63,159 nucleotides of DNA, filler included, from Lenisia limosa (GCA_001655205.1; 13 parts of 13 records of this genome joined end to end with filler, not necessarily neighbours in it); one strand, 5' to 3'. Positions 40,130 to 53,811 are shown, numbered from the whole stretch's first letter. The notes: a model not told the origin generated them from the sequence alone. A program made the numbers and translations.

Positions 40130-43100
40130 ACCCTTATCCGAATGGTTTTTTATTTAGCTTCAAATTATTTGCCAAATTAAAACAGACTGAACCACCTTGC
40201 ACCTATTCTAGAACCACTGACAACCTTCAGCCACCATACTTCATGCTCTGTAAGGTTAACGCAATGAACTTCCTTGTTCCATCTTTTCCGAACTGTTCAG
40301 CACTGTCGACTGCCAAAACTGCCCGATTCACTGCAAAAGCCTCCAAGTCACTCACTAGACAATGACAAGTGAGCAATGGAGCTTACCAGGAATTGCTTTG
40401 GCTGCCGCAAGAATAAAAGTCCAAAAGTGGTTCCGTCCAAACAGCGCCTTCAAGGTCTTCATCCCGTGGCTCTTCCGGAGTAAGCTATCACGACGAGAGA
40501 GATAGCAAAATATTGTCCCAGGCTTACGAACACCGAGGCTAGGTGAGTCAAAATGCCCTGGAGGAGGAGTCGTTCTAACTGTAATCGAAGGGGTGCACTA
40601 TGGGCAATAACAACCTGCGGTGTAAAGCATGCGCCCCGGAAGTTCAAATACCTACCTGGTTTGAAGCGTCAATTCCATATTTTCCAAAGAACAGACCGAG
40701 GTTGTTTACTGCAGTATGCAGACGAATTAGGGGTGCTGAAAAGAATAAAATAAATGACACAACCCTTCAATAGCCGTTAATCTACTAAATGATATACTTT
40801 TCAGTTCTTTGTACACAACTTTCTGTATGTCCTCAGCATACACTCAATAGGAACTCCAATAAAATCTTGCATAACAGGTAAAGCAGGGAGACCCATTTTT
40901 TGGAACATGTCTTCGAAGAGCTTGGAAGTTACAGGGACCACCGCTTGCACATTCACGCAAGGCCCGGACGCAACAATATGGGAGTCGATCTTCTTGGCTT
41001 CAGCATTGTTGTACTTGGGTGCTGCAGGCGGCAAGGGTGCACTGGACTTCTGGAGGGGGACTGGGGCTGCAGCTTTGTGAAGGACACTGTTTTGTCGAAC
41101 TAAAAGGTCAGTAATAGAAGAGAGAAGTGCAAATGACCTCTGAAATAAGACCCCCAAAACACCTAAAGCTATAGGAGGCGTCATTAGACAATCTGCAGTA
41201 AACTCGGTAATGGGTGGAGGGATATCGTTGTCCGAAACATCAGAAGCAGAACCGGTCACTGAACCGCTATCTGGTTCATACTCCTGAACTTCATCCACTT
41301 CTTGTTCTTCAAGAACTGCATGGCTTGGCTCAGGCTCAACTTTTTCCAAGCTGGTTAGAGGCGAACTGCCAACAGTTTCCTTCTGTTGCTTTAATTTCTG
41401 AACTGGCGGAGTAGGCGGAGGAGGGCCATTGAGTAGGATAAATGATTTATTGAGTTCGGCAATTTCTAACGGGTCTTCCTGGGTGCCCAGTTCAATACTG
41501 GGTAAGCGGGAGCTCATCATCTGAACTGTGACTCATAAACAAAAACTTACGTTATTGATTTCATTGATTTTCGTACGCGTTTCCTCTGCAGCTATGGGGG
41601 TATTCATCATTTGCTGTTCCAACTTAAGATAGAGGTTCTGAAGTTCAGTCTAGAAAGTCAGATATTTTTGAGTGATCGAGACAAACATCATGATTTGGTC
41701 TGCCAATTCGACCCGGATGCGGGGCTGACTCATCCAACGACCATTTACCATGACTGTCAACTGCAAGCACAATGTTGTCACATTGACAGCGACCAAATAG
41801 CTCAGATTCTTCATTTTCAGGGAGCAAGTTCACAATGTGATCAACCTAAGTATGAAAATAGTTCCATATACATATACATGGATATAATCTTTGACAAACC
41901 TTTGACTTGACAATCTCAAGAGCATCAATTGACCGACAGATCAACGGCTTGCCGTGCTGCGGACCAAACACAGTTCCGGCTTGCAGGTATGAACCATGTG
42001 ATTCAGAAGCTATATTATCACTCCAAAGGCATGGAGTCAGTAATACAATCATAAAAAAATATCTTAATTCAACAGAGCTATTAAAAAAAAAAAACACCCA
42101 TCCTCCCGTCCACATTTAGAGGGCATTGTGACTTTTGACCAAATTCCCTTTGTCGGTCTGCGACTTCTGACAACGGTCTCCTTATTGGCCTTTGCTGCTT
42201 TGCGCGTCTTAATTGTCACATCAAAAGTCCTAATACCTCCTCAATTTCCTTTTCTCTGGATTTTCGGTTTTCAACAATCACTTCTTGTTCTCTTGCCATC
42301 ATTGCTTTCTCTCTAAAAAAGGGGGTTACACCAAGGCTGCCTACTCCTCTTCAGAAATGATTGGTTCCTCAGAGACAAATGCTGCTTCTTCCATATTAGT
42401 CAAATCCTCTCCGTCAATATCATTCGTGGTTGTGAAGCAAGGCTCTTCTTCAATTGTGTCAGTTTCAATCTCTGCAATAACAGGCTTCTCATCTTTGGCT
42501 TCCGACCCATTCGGTCCTGTGGTAAGCACTGCTGTGGCTGCATCTGCTCCAACAACCACAATTCCAGCTCCTGGAGGTAAGAAAGCCGAGCAGAATGAAT
42601 GATGCAATGATGTGATGAGTTCGAATGATAAAATTTCAACCTTCATACCCTCAATTAACGAGGAGTCAGGAACAACAGTGTTTCTGTTTTCTTCCTTGGG
42701 TGCCTGAGGCTTTTTGGATTCTTCTTGGGAAAGATCTTTTGAGTTATCATATGCAATAAATGCCGGTGTCACACCTTTGATTATCCAATGTTGTACCCAA
42801 TTACCTGCTGATTCACCCTTAACTGGCTCATTAGAATTGTCATTGCTATTTTCTAAAGTGGTGTCAAGGAAGCTGTCGTACATTGTTTTGAACACCAACC
42901 TGTACTTGTAGTTACACTTGGCCCTTTTCGCTCCTCATGGTCCTTCTTCGAGGAATTTTGAGGTTCCGTTTCAGATTTGGATGGTAAGTTTGCATCCGAA
43001 ATGGGCGACTTATCAACAGAATTCTCACTGCTGTCATTTCTTGACCATTATTTCTGAACCCGGGAATGTGTGACACTTACTTCTTGTGGCTTGAGATGAA

Positions 43101-44068
43101 GTCTGGTTCCTCCGACAGTGACGTCGTAAATCCATCACTTCCCCTTCGCCTCAGTCCGCGTGACTTAATGACAGGCTTTGAGGTTCCACCAACAGCACAC
43201 GTAGCACCTCGGCGACTCCTGTTTTGAGCTAGTGTATCAGAATGCCACAGTGGAAATATTTACTTGAGTGTTTTGTATCTTCTTCAAAGAAACCATCAGC
43301 TTCTCTTGCTGCCATGCGATCTAAAAGATAATGGAAGAAAAAGATTTTTTTTTTTAAAAAAACTACTGTTCTAAAAACGAACGAATAATGGCGTTTCAGT
43401 CCACATATTCATACTTGATGTCATTCTCAGTAGCACAGCCCTCCTACTGTCTTCCACAAGGGCCTGCTTATCGGCAGTTGTCCGCACCGACTTTGCTTCC
43501 ACCCACTGCCCCTCGTCTGTAGATGGCAAAGCCAGGCCAAGCTCTTCTACGTCACCATCCTGATCCTGTGCATCGTCCTGGTGGTCAGTTCGACTTCCAA
43601 CCAAGCCAACCAAAAACAAGGCATCATCATCCTGGAAGTCTGACTTAGCAGCAACTGTCAACCAGAACGCAATGCTTGTTGTCCACTTTGACTTCTCCGC
43701 TGCAGATGAAGCACATAAGAAGTACACCCGTCCTAAGTTCATTAAAAACACTTGGTGGTACAATGCAAACCTGTTGAGATATGTTCCAGAGAAAAGGATG
43801 AATCTTTAAGTTTCTTCGAAGGGGCTTGGTCAGAGGTTCCTTCAAGGCGGCATTTTGAAATTGGAATTGATCCAATAAAGTCTTCTGAAAGTAAAACGGT
43901 GAGAAAGAGCCAGAGAAGTTGAGACAAACTCTCATTTGTTGCATCCAATTCGCTTTTATAGTAAAAGAGGCGACAGTCCCTTAAAATGAACCATCTATCT
44001 GACCAAGGCTTTCTGATTCCTTTATCTCCACGCTTTTTAAGGATTCCCTCCACTCTAGGGGGGTTCAT
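40130..44068 (-). CDS. PH-domain protein with long acidic/disordered middle and unidentified C-terminal region
   Basis: MNPPRVEGILKKRGDKGIRKPWSDRWFILRDCRLFYYKS / FIGSIPISKC...FSL / RVYFLCASSAAEKSKWTTSI is a canonical PH domain. An in-frame splice (tcaa|gtatga...tttag|atcgcatggca) links it to downstream exons including ORFs 42341-42898 and 40801-41520. The join below 40800 is unresolved. Confidence 0.75.
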
Positions 44069-44331
44069 CTTAAATAAGTCTGCGCCCTATAAGCGCTACT
44101 GGCTGAAAACTCGACGGGTCACAGGCCACAAGGTCGCAATCAAGTGTAGCCTGCGCTTTTGGCCACTTTTAGGCCGGATGGTGAGAAAAAAGAGAGGAGA
44201 GGGATGTCCATCCCCGTCCCCGGGATTATTGGGAAATAATTGGAAAATTATTTGGAATTTTAATAAGTTAGATAATGTAGTAGTAGACTTATATATTTTA
44301 TACTCACATTATACTTAGTTAGTGTCTCAAA

Positions 44332-47300
44332 ATGAAGACGCATTTTTTGATTATCATGGTATGCCTCTTTTTATCCGCGGCCCATGTATATTCCCTTGGC
44401 TCACTCCTTGGAAGCACTGACACTGAAGTTGTTCAACAACGTACGATGGCACTTTTTAGCGTTCTGATTATTCACTTTTGTAGAAGAGGAACTGAAGAGG
44501 CGTGACTTCGATTCCAGTCGTGTATCAGAGGTTGTTTTTCAATTAAAGTCAATAAAAGACGGCCAAACCCCAAAAGAAGCAGCCGAGGAGGTTGCCAGTC
44601 ATTCTGGATGTAGCCTGATTGAGGAGGTTCATCTCGGGGCCCTACCCCTTCTTTTTTCCATGGAATGTAACGAACTTAATTTAAGAGATGAAGATGAAGT
44701 TTGAAGGGGTGTGTCATCTTTTTTCTCGTTATGTGATATATTTCGATAGTATAAAAATTAATTGCTTAATTGATCTTTTTTATTAATTGCATGTCTTTAT
44801 TTAGTTGATCTTTTCGTTGATGTATTCATATACTTTTTTTACTGCATAGGGCACTGACCATGAGAGAGCAGCATTTAGGCACCAATCCGTTTCGTTTGCA
44901 ACAAAGCAGGTGGAAATCACTAGGAGCCGAAGACTCCCAAAAGACCCTCTTTGGTATGCGTTCTTTCTTTTTTATTTTTCTCTGAGCAATTTTCTGGAAT
45001 TATGTTAACATTGGAGAAGTGCAGCCCAGAAATATTTACTGTCCAGGCCCAACCAATGGCATCTTCATAACACCGGCCAATTAGGGGGCGTGACTGGAGT
45101 TGATGTCAATGTCATCCCTGCCTGGGAAGAGGGACTTTTTGGAAAGGGTACGCTGAAATTGGGAACAGTTTGACCTTTACCCAATTAATTACCAATATCT
45201 TCCTTTCTTAGAATCAAAGGGCTTTCAATCAATATTGATATTAAATCAGTTTCCGGGCCGTATAGAAGCTCTTATATTTGAAGGAGTTGTAATAGGAGTG
45301 GTCGACGATGGTCTGCAATGGAAGCATCCCGACATCAAAGACAACTACCGCGCCGACCTGAGCTACGACTTCAACTATAAAGATAAGGACCCCAGCCCAT
45401 CTGCCAGTATCGACTCCCATGGTACCGCCGCCGCTGGTTTGCAATTCGTTACTTCAAATATGACAAAAGTGTTTTCAATATTAATGAACATTTATATCGT
45501 GAAAGTTAGTTATTTTGGACTGTAGCCGACGCTTCAGCTCAAATTGACCCTGTAGGTGCTGCAGCGGCGCGCAACAATTCTGTTTGTGGCGTGGGCGTTG
45601 CGCCACTTGCCCAATTGGCAGGCTTGAGAGTCCTTTCACGGGTATGCGAGTGCCAGTTATTGCATTCAGTAAAGCTAACCTTCCAGGCAGTTTATGACAA
45701 GGACGAGGCTGCAGCCCTTTCGTTCCACCGTGATGCCATACATATCTATTCCAACAGCTGGGTTGCCTGGTGGATTGTATTATCAGAAATCTTCAATTTG
45801 NNNNNNNNNNNNNNNNNNNNNNNNNNNNNNNNNNNNNNNNNNNNNNNNNNNNNNNNNNNNNNNNNNNNNNNNNNNNNNNNNNNNACCCAGGCCGTTCTGG
45901 CGGAGGGCGTGAAGAAGGGCCGCGGTGGCAAAGGTATTCACCTCGCTTGCCTTGTAATCTTTTTGTCCAAAAAGACTGGTTCTCTCAAATAACCTTCAGT
46001 GTCATTGTTCTGTTCGAAATCAAGCACTACTAATAGTCATAGGCTCACTGTTTGTCTGGGCAAGTGGGAACGGCAAGTCCAGCAGTGACAACATTAACTA
46101 CGATGGATATGCCAATTCCAGGTGAGTTGTACTATTGTGATTCAAATCACTCTTAGTTGACTTTCCTCAAACATGCGATTCATCATTCCTGTAGGTTCAC
46201 AATAACCATTGGGTCAGTGACCAACACCAACGAACAAGCCTACTATTGCGAGCCTGGAGCCCCTATGCTAGCTGTCACCCCCTCATCATCCCACTCCGCC
46301 AAGATCACCACTACAGAGTAGGCCGTCTTGAGTCCTTCTATCTAACTCCTTCAGTATGCTTGGGTCCCTCGGCAAATCCTCGGGCGATTGTCGGAACAAT
46401 TTTGGTGGAACTTCCGCTTCCGCACCCCAAGCGGCTGGGTTTGTGGGTCATTTTAGTGATACGAGACACATCATTCGTCGGAAACCCTAGTCGTACCACT
46501 CACATTCTAGCATTTTGGCTATTCTTCTGGAGAGGTTCCCTAAACTTGGATGGCGAGATGTTCAGGTTGTCAGTTAATTTGAACACTATTAACATGATAC
46601 AATAGCTTACTCATATTAATTTCTCTTAACAATGTCAACACGGGGTGTTATGACTGTTTATGTTTTTAGGACTTGATTGTGAGAAACTCCATTCCTAATA
46701 CTGCTGGCAAATGGGTTGCTAATGGGGCTGGTATGAGGGAAGGCCTGGGATTGTACGTTGTCATAAAACAGACTACAATACAAATCTTGAAATTGACAAC
46801 ACCATTATTTTCAGTGTCTCTTGTATGGCCATTTTCAGCTTCTAGTTGTGTCTCTTGTTTGGCCATTTTCAGCTTCTTGTATGGCCACATACATTGTCAC
46901 GTCTCTCAGGACTGAAGGTGTCACATGAGTTTGGATTTGGCCGCATGGACGTTGCCAGGTTGTTGACTGCTGCTCACAAACATGACGTTTGCGGGGCTTT
47001 GCAGTACCTGATGGGTCCCCGGGTTATGTGGGATCCATAATTAAATTGAAGGAAATTAAAGACAAGATTGCCAATTACCAATCCCGCTCTTCTGACTTTT
47101 TAGAACCTTGGGGAAAACGTTTCGTATGACACAGGCACCATCAAGTCAGGAGCCGAGGTCCCTTCAAATAACCCCACGGGTGCGAGTAATATAATTAGGT
47201 TCTTTTGACTGTGGTTTCGGTTTTGATCTGTTTTCAAATCATCAAAAGAGGCATCTCCATGTTTTTACGGTATTTCTCAGGACTGACTGTAACACATACC

Positions 47301-50157
47301 GTTGCTGAGGACATGACCGTTGAACATGTTGATCTCTACATTGATGGCAAGCACAGTAACAGAGGTGTGTTGGGAGAATCATATTTCTAGCTGTTTACCA
47401 GTGACTATAGTTGTATAATCTTCACTCTTTGTCAGCTTTACCTTTCCGTTTTCCTCTCAGTATAGATTTTCACTGGTATTGTTCTGGATTCACATCTGGC
47501 TTAAGATTCCTCATATTTCCTGTGCACATTTTAAGGTGGTCGGTTGATGGGGCCATTTTTGGCGGTTTTTTTTTAAGTTTTCGGAAAATTTAATGTATAG
47601 ATAGATTTTAACTTCCTCTGGTAATTTTCATTAGTGCATATAATACATGTATGTAGCAAGTAAATGAGCACAAGAAAGGCAAGCTCACAGGCAGGCTCAG
47701 AATACTAAAATAGCCGAAAAGTGGCCATCAGCCGACCACCTTAAAACAGTGTCTAGATCCCTATTTACTTCCATCACAGGCGACATGACAATTTTCATTA
47801 CTTCTCCTGCCGGCACCAAGTCCATTCTTCAGACAAAGCACTACGGTGGGGGACAGGTACATTTTGAATATGCGGCTTTTTTGTCTTGCCATTTACGCTT
47901 CACCTCTTCCTGGCACCTTACTTTGTAGACACATACAGTGACATCAAAAACTGGCGCTATATGACCGTACACAGCTGGGGAGAGTCCATGAAAGGCGTTT
48001 GGAAGGTCCAGCTCATTGATGGCAGCTCTGCAGGTTGGTTTGACTTTTAGGTCTTGTCATACTTCCGTCCTCACTTTTGGTTTACAATTAGGCACTTTGA
48101 CGTTGACATCATGGCGTCTGTCAATTCACGGTTCCTGCAGAGGCTGTACCTGCTCCCCTGTCCACATTGTATGATACTTGGAGGAAGGAACTTGACGCAT
48201 GTTCTATTCTTCGCTGCTGTTGTTCATTTTATAGGACGGAGACCTATACCACCCCGGCCCTGCCATCCCTAATGAATGCGGAAAATGTGATGGTATTTGC
48301 ACCGAGTGTACTTTGGACGACGGTAGGCCCTCTAATAGATGCTGCTTTTTCGAAATATAATGTAGTGCCACAGCATAGCATATAATATCATATATATTCT
48401 TGTTTTATCAGCACTATCAACAGCTGAATCTGATTTCATCTAGGGATAAAAGGAAAACTTGACCTCTGCGGGATCTGCAACGGCAACAACACATGCATCG
48501 GTGAGGTCTTCTTAGCTCCTTTATCGTTTTATTCTGAAAAAGTATCTGCTGCTCAACTACGTATTTTTGTTAATTGGTCCCATTGTTAAAGTATTAGTAC
48601 CTTCACTACCCGTTAACTATTCAGGTTGTGATGGAGTAAAGGATAGTGGGCTCATTATAGACTGCACATCAACCTGTGGAGGGTGGGGGGTGACTCAGCT
48701 GCATCATACTAATCGTCTTGACGCTCACATAAGCAATGCATTTCTGGCCATGAAGTCTCACACAATAGTATTGACTTCTCGTGCGCAGGATGTGACGGTG
48801 TGCCCAATTCCGGTCTTGTTCTCAACTCTTGTGGTAGGCTTGAGGAGTCCATTACAATTGTATCTTCTAGTTGGGTTCCTTTACGATGTAGGAGAGTGTT
48901 CCAACGATGAAACAAAGGACTGTTTCGGCGTGTGTCCCGGCAAGGACAACTACAATCCTGATGTCAAGCTTGACCAGTGCAATGTGAGTTATACGTCCAT
49001 GCTGGGAAGGAGGGGGGGGGAGTGGCAGATGGATATTTTGAAGTTCANNNNNNNNNNNNNNNNNNNNNNNNNNNNNNNNNNNNNNNNNNNNNNNNNNNNN
49101 NNNNNNNNNNNNNNNNNNNNNNNNNNNNNNNNNNNNNNNNNNNNNNGTGATATTCAGTTTTTTTATTTACAGTATTATTGATATACTACTTGATATTAAA
49201 TGAACTCGTTTCCTATTGTCTCAGGTGTGCGGTGGTGATGGTACGACTTGTGACGAATGCATTTCGGGGGAGAAACCATTCGACATTTGTGGTGTCTGTC
49301 AAGGTAAGTACACAAGAGGTTTGAGGATATCTCTGACCCCCAGGAAACGGTACTTCTTGTACCGACTGTTTGGGCGAGGTCAATGGAGGTGCCGAACTGG
49401 ACCTGTAGGCAACCATATTGCATTTTGTTTACATTCATAGCAAAATAGTATTACTTTGGTACGGGCAAAGACCATGAAATCCTTCGGTGGAGTGTTGATG
49501 AATGCAGGTGCGGAGAATGCGATGGCTCGGGCCGAAGCTGCTGCAACGACCACGGCTTCATGACCGTGACTGGCTGCCTCTGTGACGACGGCTGCTTCCT
49601 CGCAAGTGACAACTGCCGCACTCCGATACCTAAGGATCTGTGGGGGGGGGGGGGGCNNNNNNNNNNNNNNNNNNNNNNNNNNNNNNNNNNNNNNNNNNNN
49701 NNNNNNNNNNNNNNNNNNNNNNNNNNNNNNNNNNNNNNNNNNNNNNNNNNNNNNNNNNNNNNNGCCTTTGTAAACACCATACTTCTGATGGTACTTTTTG
49801 ACCTTTTAGTTGTGGTGTATGCGGTGGAAATGACAAGTCTTGCTGTGCTAACAAGGTAATGGGCAGATATTGGATCCCGCGTTCTCACGATTTACAGGGT
49901 GTGTTTGACGGCACGGTGTGTAAATGCGACTCCAAATGTGGCCGACCTGAAACTCGGTGCGTGGTGAGTGACCGCATAGACAATTGCGGTGTCTGCAACG
50001 GCAACTCCAGGTGCGTATTAGGGCTGTCATTTTGAATGAACTGGCTGACAGTCCAGATCGTGCTGTGCAGACATGGGCATCCACAACGGCTCTGAGTGCG
50101 AATGTGACCTTCCCACCTTGGACCCCTCATCAAAGTGCACACGTGACCTGCCAACTG
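44332..50157 (+). CDS. Kexin/furin-like proprotein convertase (S8B) with P domain and C-terminal Cys-rich repeats; 3' truncated
   Basis: Signal peptide MKTHFLIIMVCLFLSAAHVYS; PNQWHLHNTGQ...DVNVIPAWEEG; catalytic Asp VVDDG (~45301), His SHGT (~45415), oxyanion Asn WASGNG (~46066), Ser GGTSASAP (~46407); HEFGFGRMD; repeated D.CG(V/I)C.G motifs from ~48460. Confidence 0.92.
47535..47740. mobile_element. ~206-bp TIR element in a protease intron
   Basis: ttaa|ggtggtcggttgatggggccattttt ... aaaagtggccatcagccgaccacc|ttaa. Confidence 0.7.
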
Positions 50158-51910
50158 NNNNNNNNNNNNNNNNNNNNNNNNNNNNNNNNNNNNNNNNNNN
50201 NTTAATTAATTAANNNNNNNNNNNNNNNNNNNNNNNNNNNNNNNNNNNNNNNNNNNNAATCAATATACACATTTCAATAAAACACCTCCAAAAACAGATT
50301 GTCCTCTGAGTATACCTTAAAATGTTGTTATTTTTCCATACTCACTCGCAGTTAAAAATGTTGGAACTTGAAGGAACTTTTTGTTCTCTGAATTCTGATC
50401 CAGGCATGTTCAATAAACAACCAGATCAAAAGGCAGGTTTGTGTATTTACAGTTTTTTTTCAAAGCAACGCTTAGGTGACATCCATTTTTGTTCAGAATA
50501 GTTGGGGGGTCCAAAAATAATAACAAAAAATATTTGCATGATGTATTGTGTTCACATTCATAACTTTTAGTACAGCAGAAAAGCTGCCAGTAAAATGCCA
50601 GAATAGAACAAGATAATAATATGAAGAAAACTGTGATAGAAGGGGAGAATTAACAACAATGGGGAGGAATTCTGGAGCCTCCTAAAGTGATTTTAAAATC
50701 CGTTTTGACTGTTTGAAAGCGGAGGTCCAATTTCATTTACCTATTTTATACAATTAGGGGCCTGGGGTGGATAGTTTTAGGCAAAATGTTCTTCGCTCTG
50801 ATACGTACATATATAGTTAAATATTATAGTTGTAATTATAAGAATAAGAGTAATAATCATGACTGGAAGAGGGAGGATCAATTGTGTCTAAAAGAGGAAA
50901 AAAGGATAATAATATTTAAAGAACTACTATATTTAAAGAGGAATGAATAGAAAAAAAACCAAAGCTCACTGATAAACATATTAGGAGTAGCAGTGGCACC
51001 AAACCTGGTGGGGAGCGGATTTCTAAATATTATAGAATGTGAAATAACGACAGAAGAGCCCAGGAACAAAGTTTGCCAGTTGTATGTTCTGTACGCCTCT
51101 CACTGTCTTTAAATGCAATTTAAATGTGCTTGTTTCACATGTATCCAGGCTCTGCTCACTCCTAATCAACTCCTAACTTGAAACTTTGAAACTTTGAACT
51201 TTATGCACCAATAATCTGGGGGTATATTCACCCTAGAAACAGACAATCGTCCGATTTGCACTGGGGAGGCCCATTAAAACCTCAGACAAACCCTCTTGAA
51301 AAACTGCTTAAAGTGTGTAAAAATCTTCCATATAAATTCTTTGGATTTTTAGCTGGGCACAAATAACCTTTTAAGCTAGAGTCATTTTGTTGTTCTGATT
51401 GATTTTTCGAAAAGAACCTGCAAAATAAGACACAAATCACGATAAGAAGATATATGATGATTAAAACAAATGAATCAAAATAAAATGAAATTCCAGATAC
51501 AGAATAATGCTGTTGAAAGTAGAATTATTGTTCTCGATATAGAGATAATGTGAAAAAAACAATAACAAACGCCTGATGAGATCATGATTAAGACCATCAT
51601 CACAGGAGGCACTCCTTTTTTGTACAGTCGGAAAAAAAGGTTTATCTTATTAAACAAAATAAGCCAGATCATGGAAAGGAAATGAAGCGTGAATCAATGA
51701 TTTAGCCATTCGTCCTCGAAAAACATTTTTTCAAACAGTTTATAAATAAAAGAAGGAGGGAACGGAAGGAGAGCGCTTAGATTGTCGGTTCTGAACCATC
51801 CAGTAGGATATAATCTTTCAAACACAATTTCTTTTTTGCAGCACAGTTCAGTTCGTTCAGTTCATCATCCTTAAATAAGGTAAATTTCCACTCTTTTGAT
51901 CTTTTAAAAA

Positions 51911-52487
51911 ATGCTTGTGTTCTCTGACGCTTTTACTGGTGATGAGCTCCTTTCGTAAGTTGTCAGCATTAAAATTACTTTTTTATTTTTTAGGGACTCT
52001 TTTGATATTAAACTCGTCCACAATGTTGCCTATGAGGTCCAATGCAAGAACGTTGTTGTTGGAGGTGACTTAAACATCGACATTGGAGCCAATGCTTCTG
52101 CCGAAGAAGAGCAGGAAGATATGGAAGATGCCCAACAGACTGTTGTCGATGTGGTTGACGCTTTCAGACTTCAGGTTTGTAAGTGTTCCATTTGTAAACC
52201 ATCAGGAGACCTTTTTCGACAAGAAGTCTTTCACTCTCTGGCTCAAGCTTTACATGAAGGTTGTTAAGGCCCACCTTGAAAAGACGTCTCCTGATGAAGT
52301 TGATGTTTTCATGAAGAACATCCAACCCTTCGTCAAGCAGGTTCTAGGTGAATTCAAAGAGTACCAGTTTTTCACAGGAGAATCTTGTGACCCTGAGGCT
52401 CATATTGCTCTCATGAAGTATGATGATGGAGCTCTTGCCCCCAAGATGTGGTTCTTCAAGCATGGAATGAAGGAAGTTAAATGTTAA
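51911..52487 (+). CDS. TPT1: Translationally controlled tumour protein; exons 51911-51954, 51994-52174, 52206-52487
   Basis: MLVFSDAFTGDELLS/DSFDIK...DIGANASAEE...TVVDVVDAFRLQ/ETFFDKKSF...FKEYQFFTGES...FFKHGMKEVKC*; canonical TCTP signatures with 39- and 31-nt GT-AG introns. Confidence 0.96.
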
Positions 52488-53431
52488 TAATATTCTTCAA
52501 CCCAATACATGTTGTTCTTCTCTTTTTGTTTTCATTCAAAGGGTAAAATAATATTAAGAAATTGTATTTTTTTTTTTATGAATGGGTTGAAGAAATTGAT
52601 CAATTTACCGTTGATTCATTGTTTTCCTGCTCTTTCGACATCACTTTGAACGTGAAAGGGTGAACTTTCTGGCAACAGTGTTATTGTACACTTACATATT
52701 GGGGGACTAATATTTGCGCACCTTAACAATTTCCTTGTTTTTGACTGGTTGCAAATTGGTTTCAATTTTAAAGGTATACGCGCCCCCCGTCCCCCCCCCT
52801 TTTTTTTTGCAAGTGTAGAAAAACTTATATATTAAAGAAGAAAAGAGAAACGAAACTATAACAAAAATTCACTGATAATTAGAGAGAGGACTAGATGCGG
52901 AAGATGGAGTTACCAGGGGAGAATGGGTGTCCACAACTAACGCAGTTATTGGGATTGTACATGCTTATACTATGAGATGTTCTGCGTTAATGTATCATCT
53001 TAATAACATAGTATGGTAACGAAGATATCGTGAGGGTTCATCCCAAGTATTTTTCTGAGCTTAATTGAGACTTGTTACAAGAGTAGATAACAAGCCTTGG
53101 CTTTTGCATTTGCCCCCAATACATCTGAAGTTGTACGCATTGCGGAGTTGGTGAGACGGGCAAGTTCCATGGTATTGTCAGGCTATAATATTTTTATCAA
53201 CTAAGACAAATAGGGTTACGTTTATGTAACATACATCAGCTTACCTATTGATATCAAGATCCTTGGAGTCTCATATCCTTCAGTTGTTGCCTGATCAGAG
53301 ACTCGGAGCCCTTTCCAGCAACTTCCTTCANNNNNNNNNNNNNNNNNNNNNNNNNNNNNNNNNNNNNNNNNNNNTTAATTAATTAANNNNNNNNNNNNNN
53401 NNNNNNNNNNNNNNNNNNNNNNNNNNNNNNA

Positions 53432-53566
53432 CCCGCTTGGTATTTGTTTAATGGAGATGAAGTTGATAATAACGTCTCATTTAAATTTGTTGACAATAAT
53501 GGCGCGAAAATTGATATGGGTGAGGAAGAAAGTTATTTGATCGTTCAATTTAGAAGATTAGATTGA
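53432..53566 (+). CDS. C-terminus of a putative Polinton/PLV minor capsid (penton) protein
   Basis: Frame not in the ORF track: PAWYLFNGDEVDNNVSFKFVDNNGAKIDMGEEESYLIVQFRRLD*. Resembles the recalled penton C-terminal pattern (Y...I.I.I.D..G..IDF.GE...I.L). Pattern recall only. Confidence 0.6.
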   Translation, partial: PAWYLFNGDEVDNNVSFKFVDNNGAKIDMGEEESYLIVQFRRLD

Positions 53567-53625
53567 TAGGATTAAATCCAATTATAAAAACTACAAAAAA
53601 ATTATAAAATTATTTTTTCTATAAA

Positions 53626-53811
53626 ATGGTACAAAGAAGTTTAGTGAAGTTTGTAGATATTGTTGAAGAACCTGTCAAAGATCCTGTTAAAGAACCTGTT
53701 AAAGAGATTATAAAAGAATCTGTTAACAAGAAACCAAAATCTAAATATAGACCAAAAGACCAACGTATGAATAAATTGGAAAAATATATTTGGAAAAATT
53801 TATTAGGGTAA
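53626..53811 (+). CDS. Small 61-aa Lys/Glu-rich ORF with PVK(E/D) repeats, copy 1
   Basis: Intact ORF preceded by ctataaaATG; conserved in the second copy at 54127-54312. Confidence 0.65.
   Translation: MVQRSLVKFVDIVEEPVKDPVKEPVKEIIKESVNKKPKSKYRPKDQRMNKLEKYIWKNLLG

Noticed and set aside
50258-51720. Possible gene upstream of TCTP, and another at 52860-53330
   Set aside because: Some splice-like signals, but I could not build a consistent frame or recognise a family.
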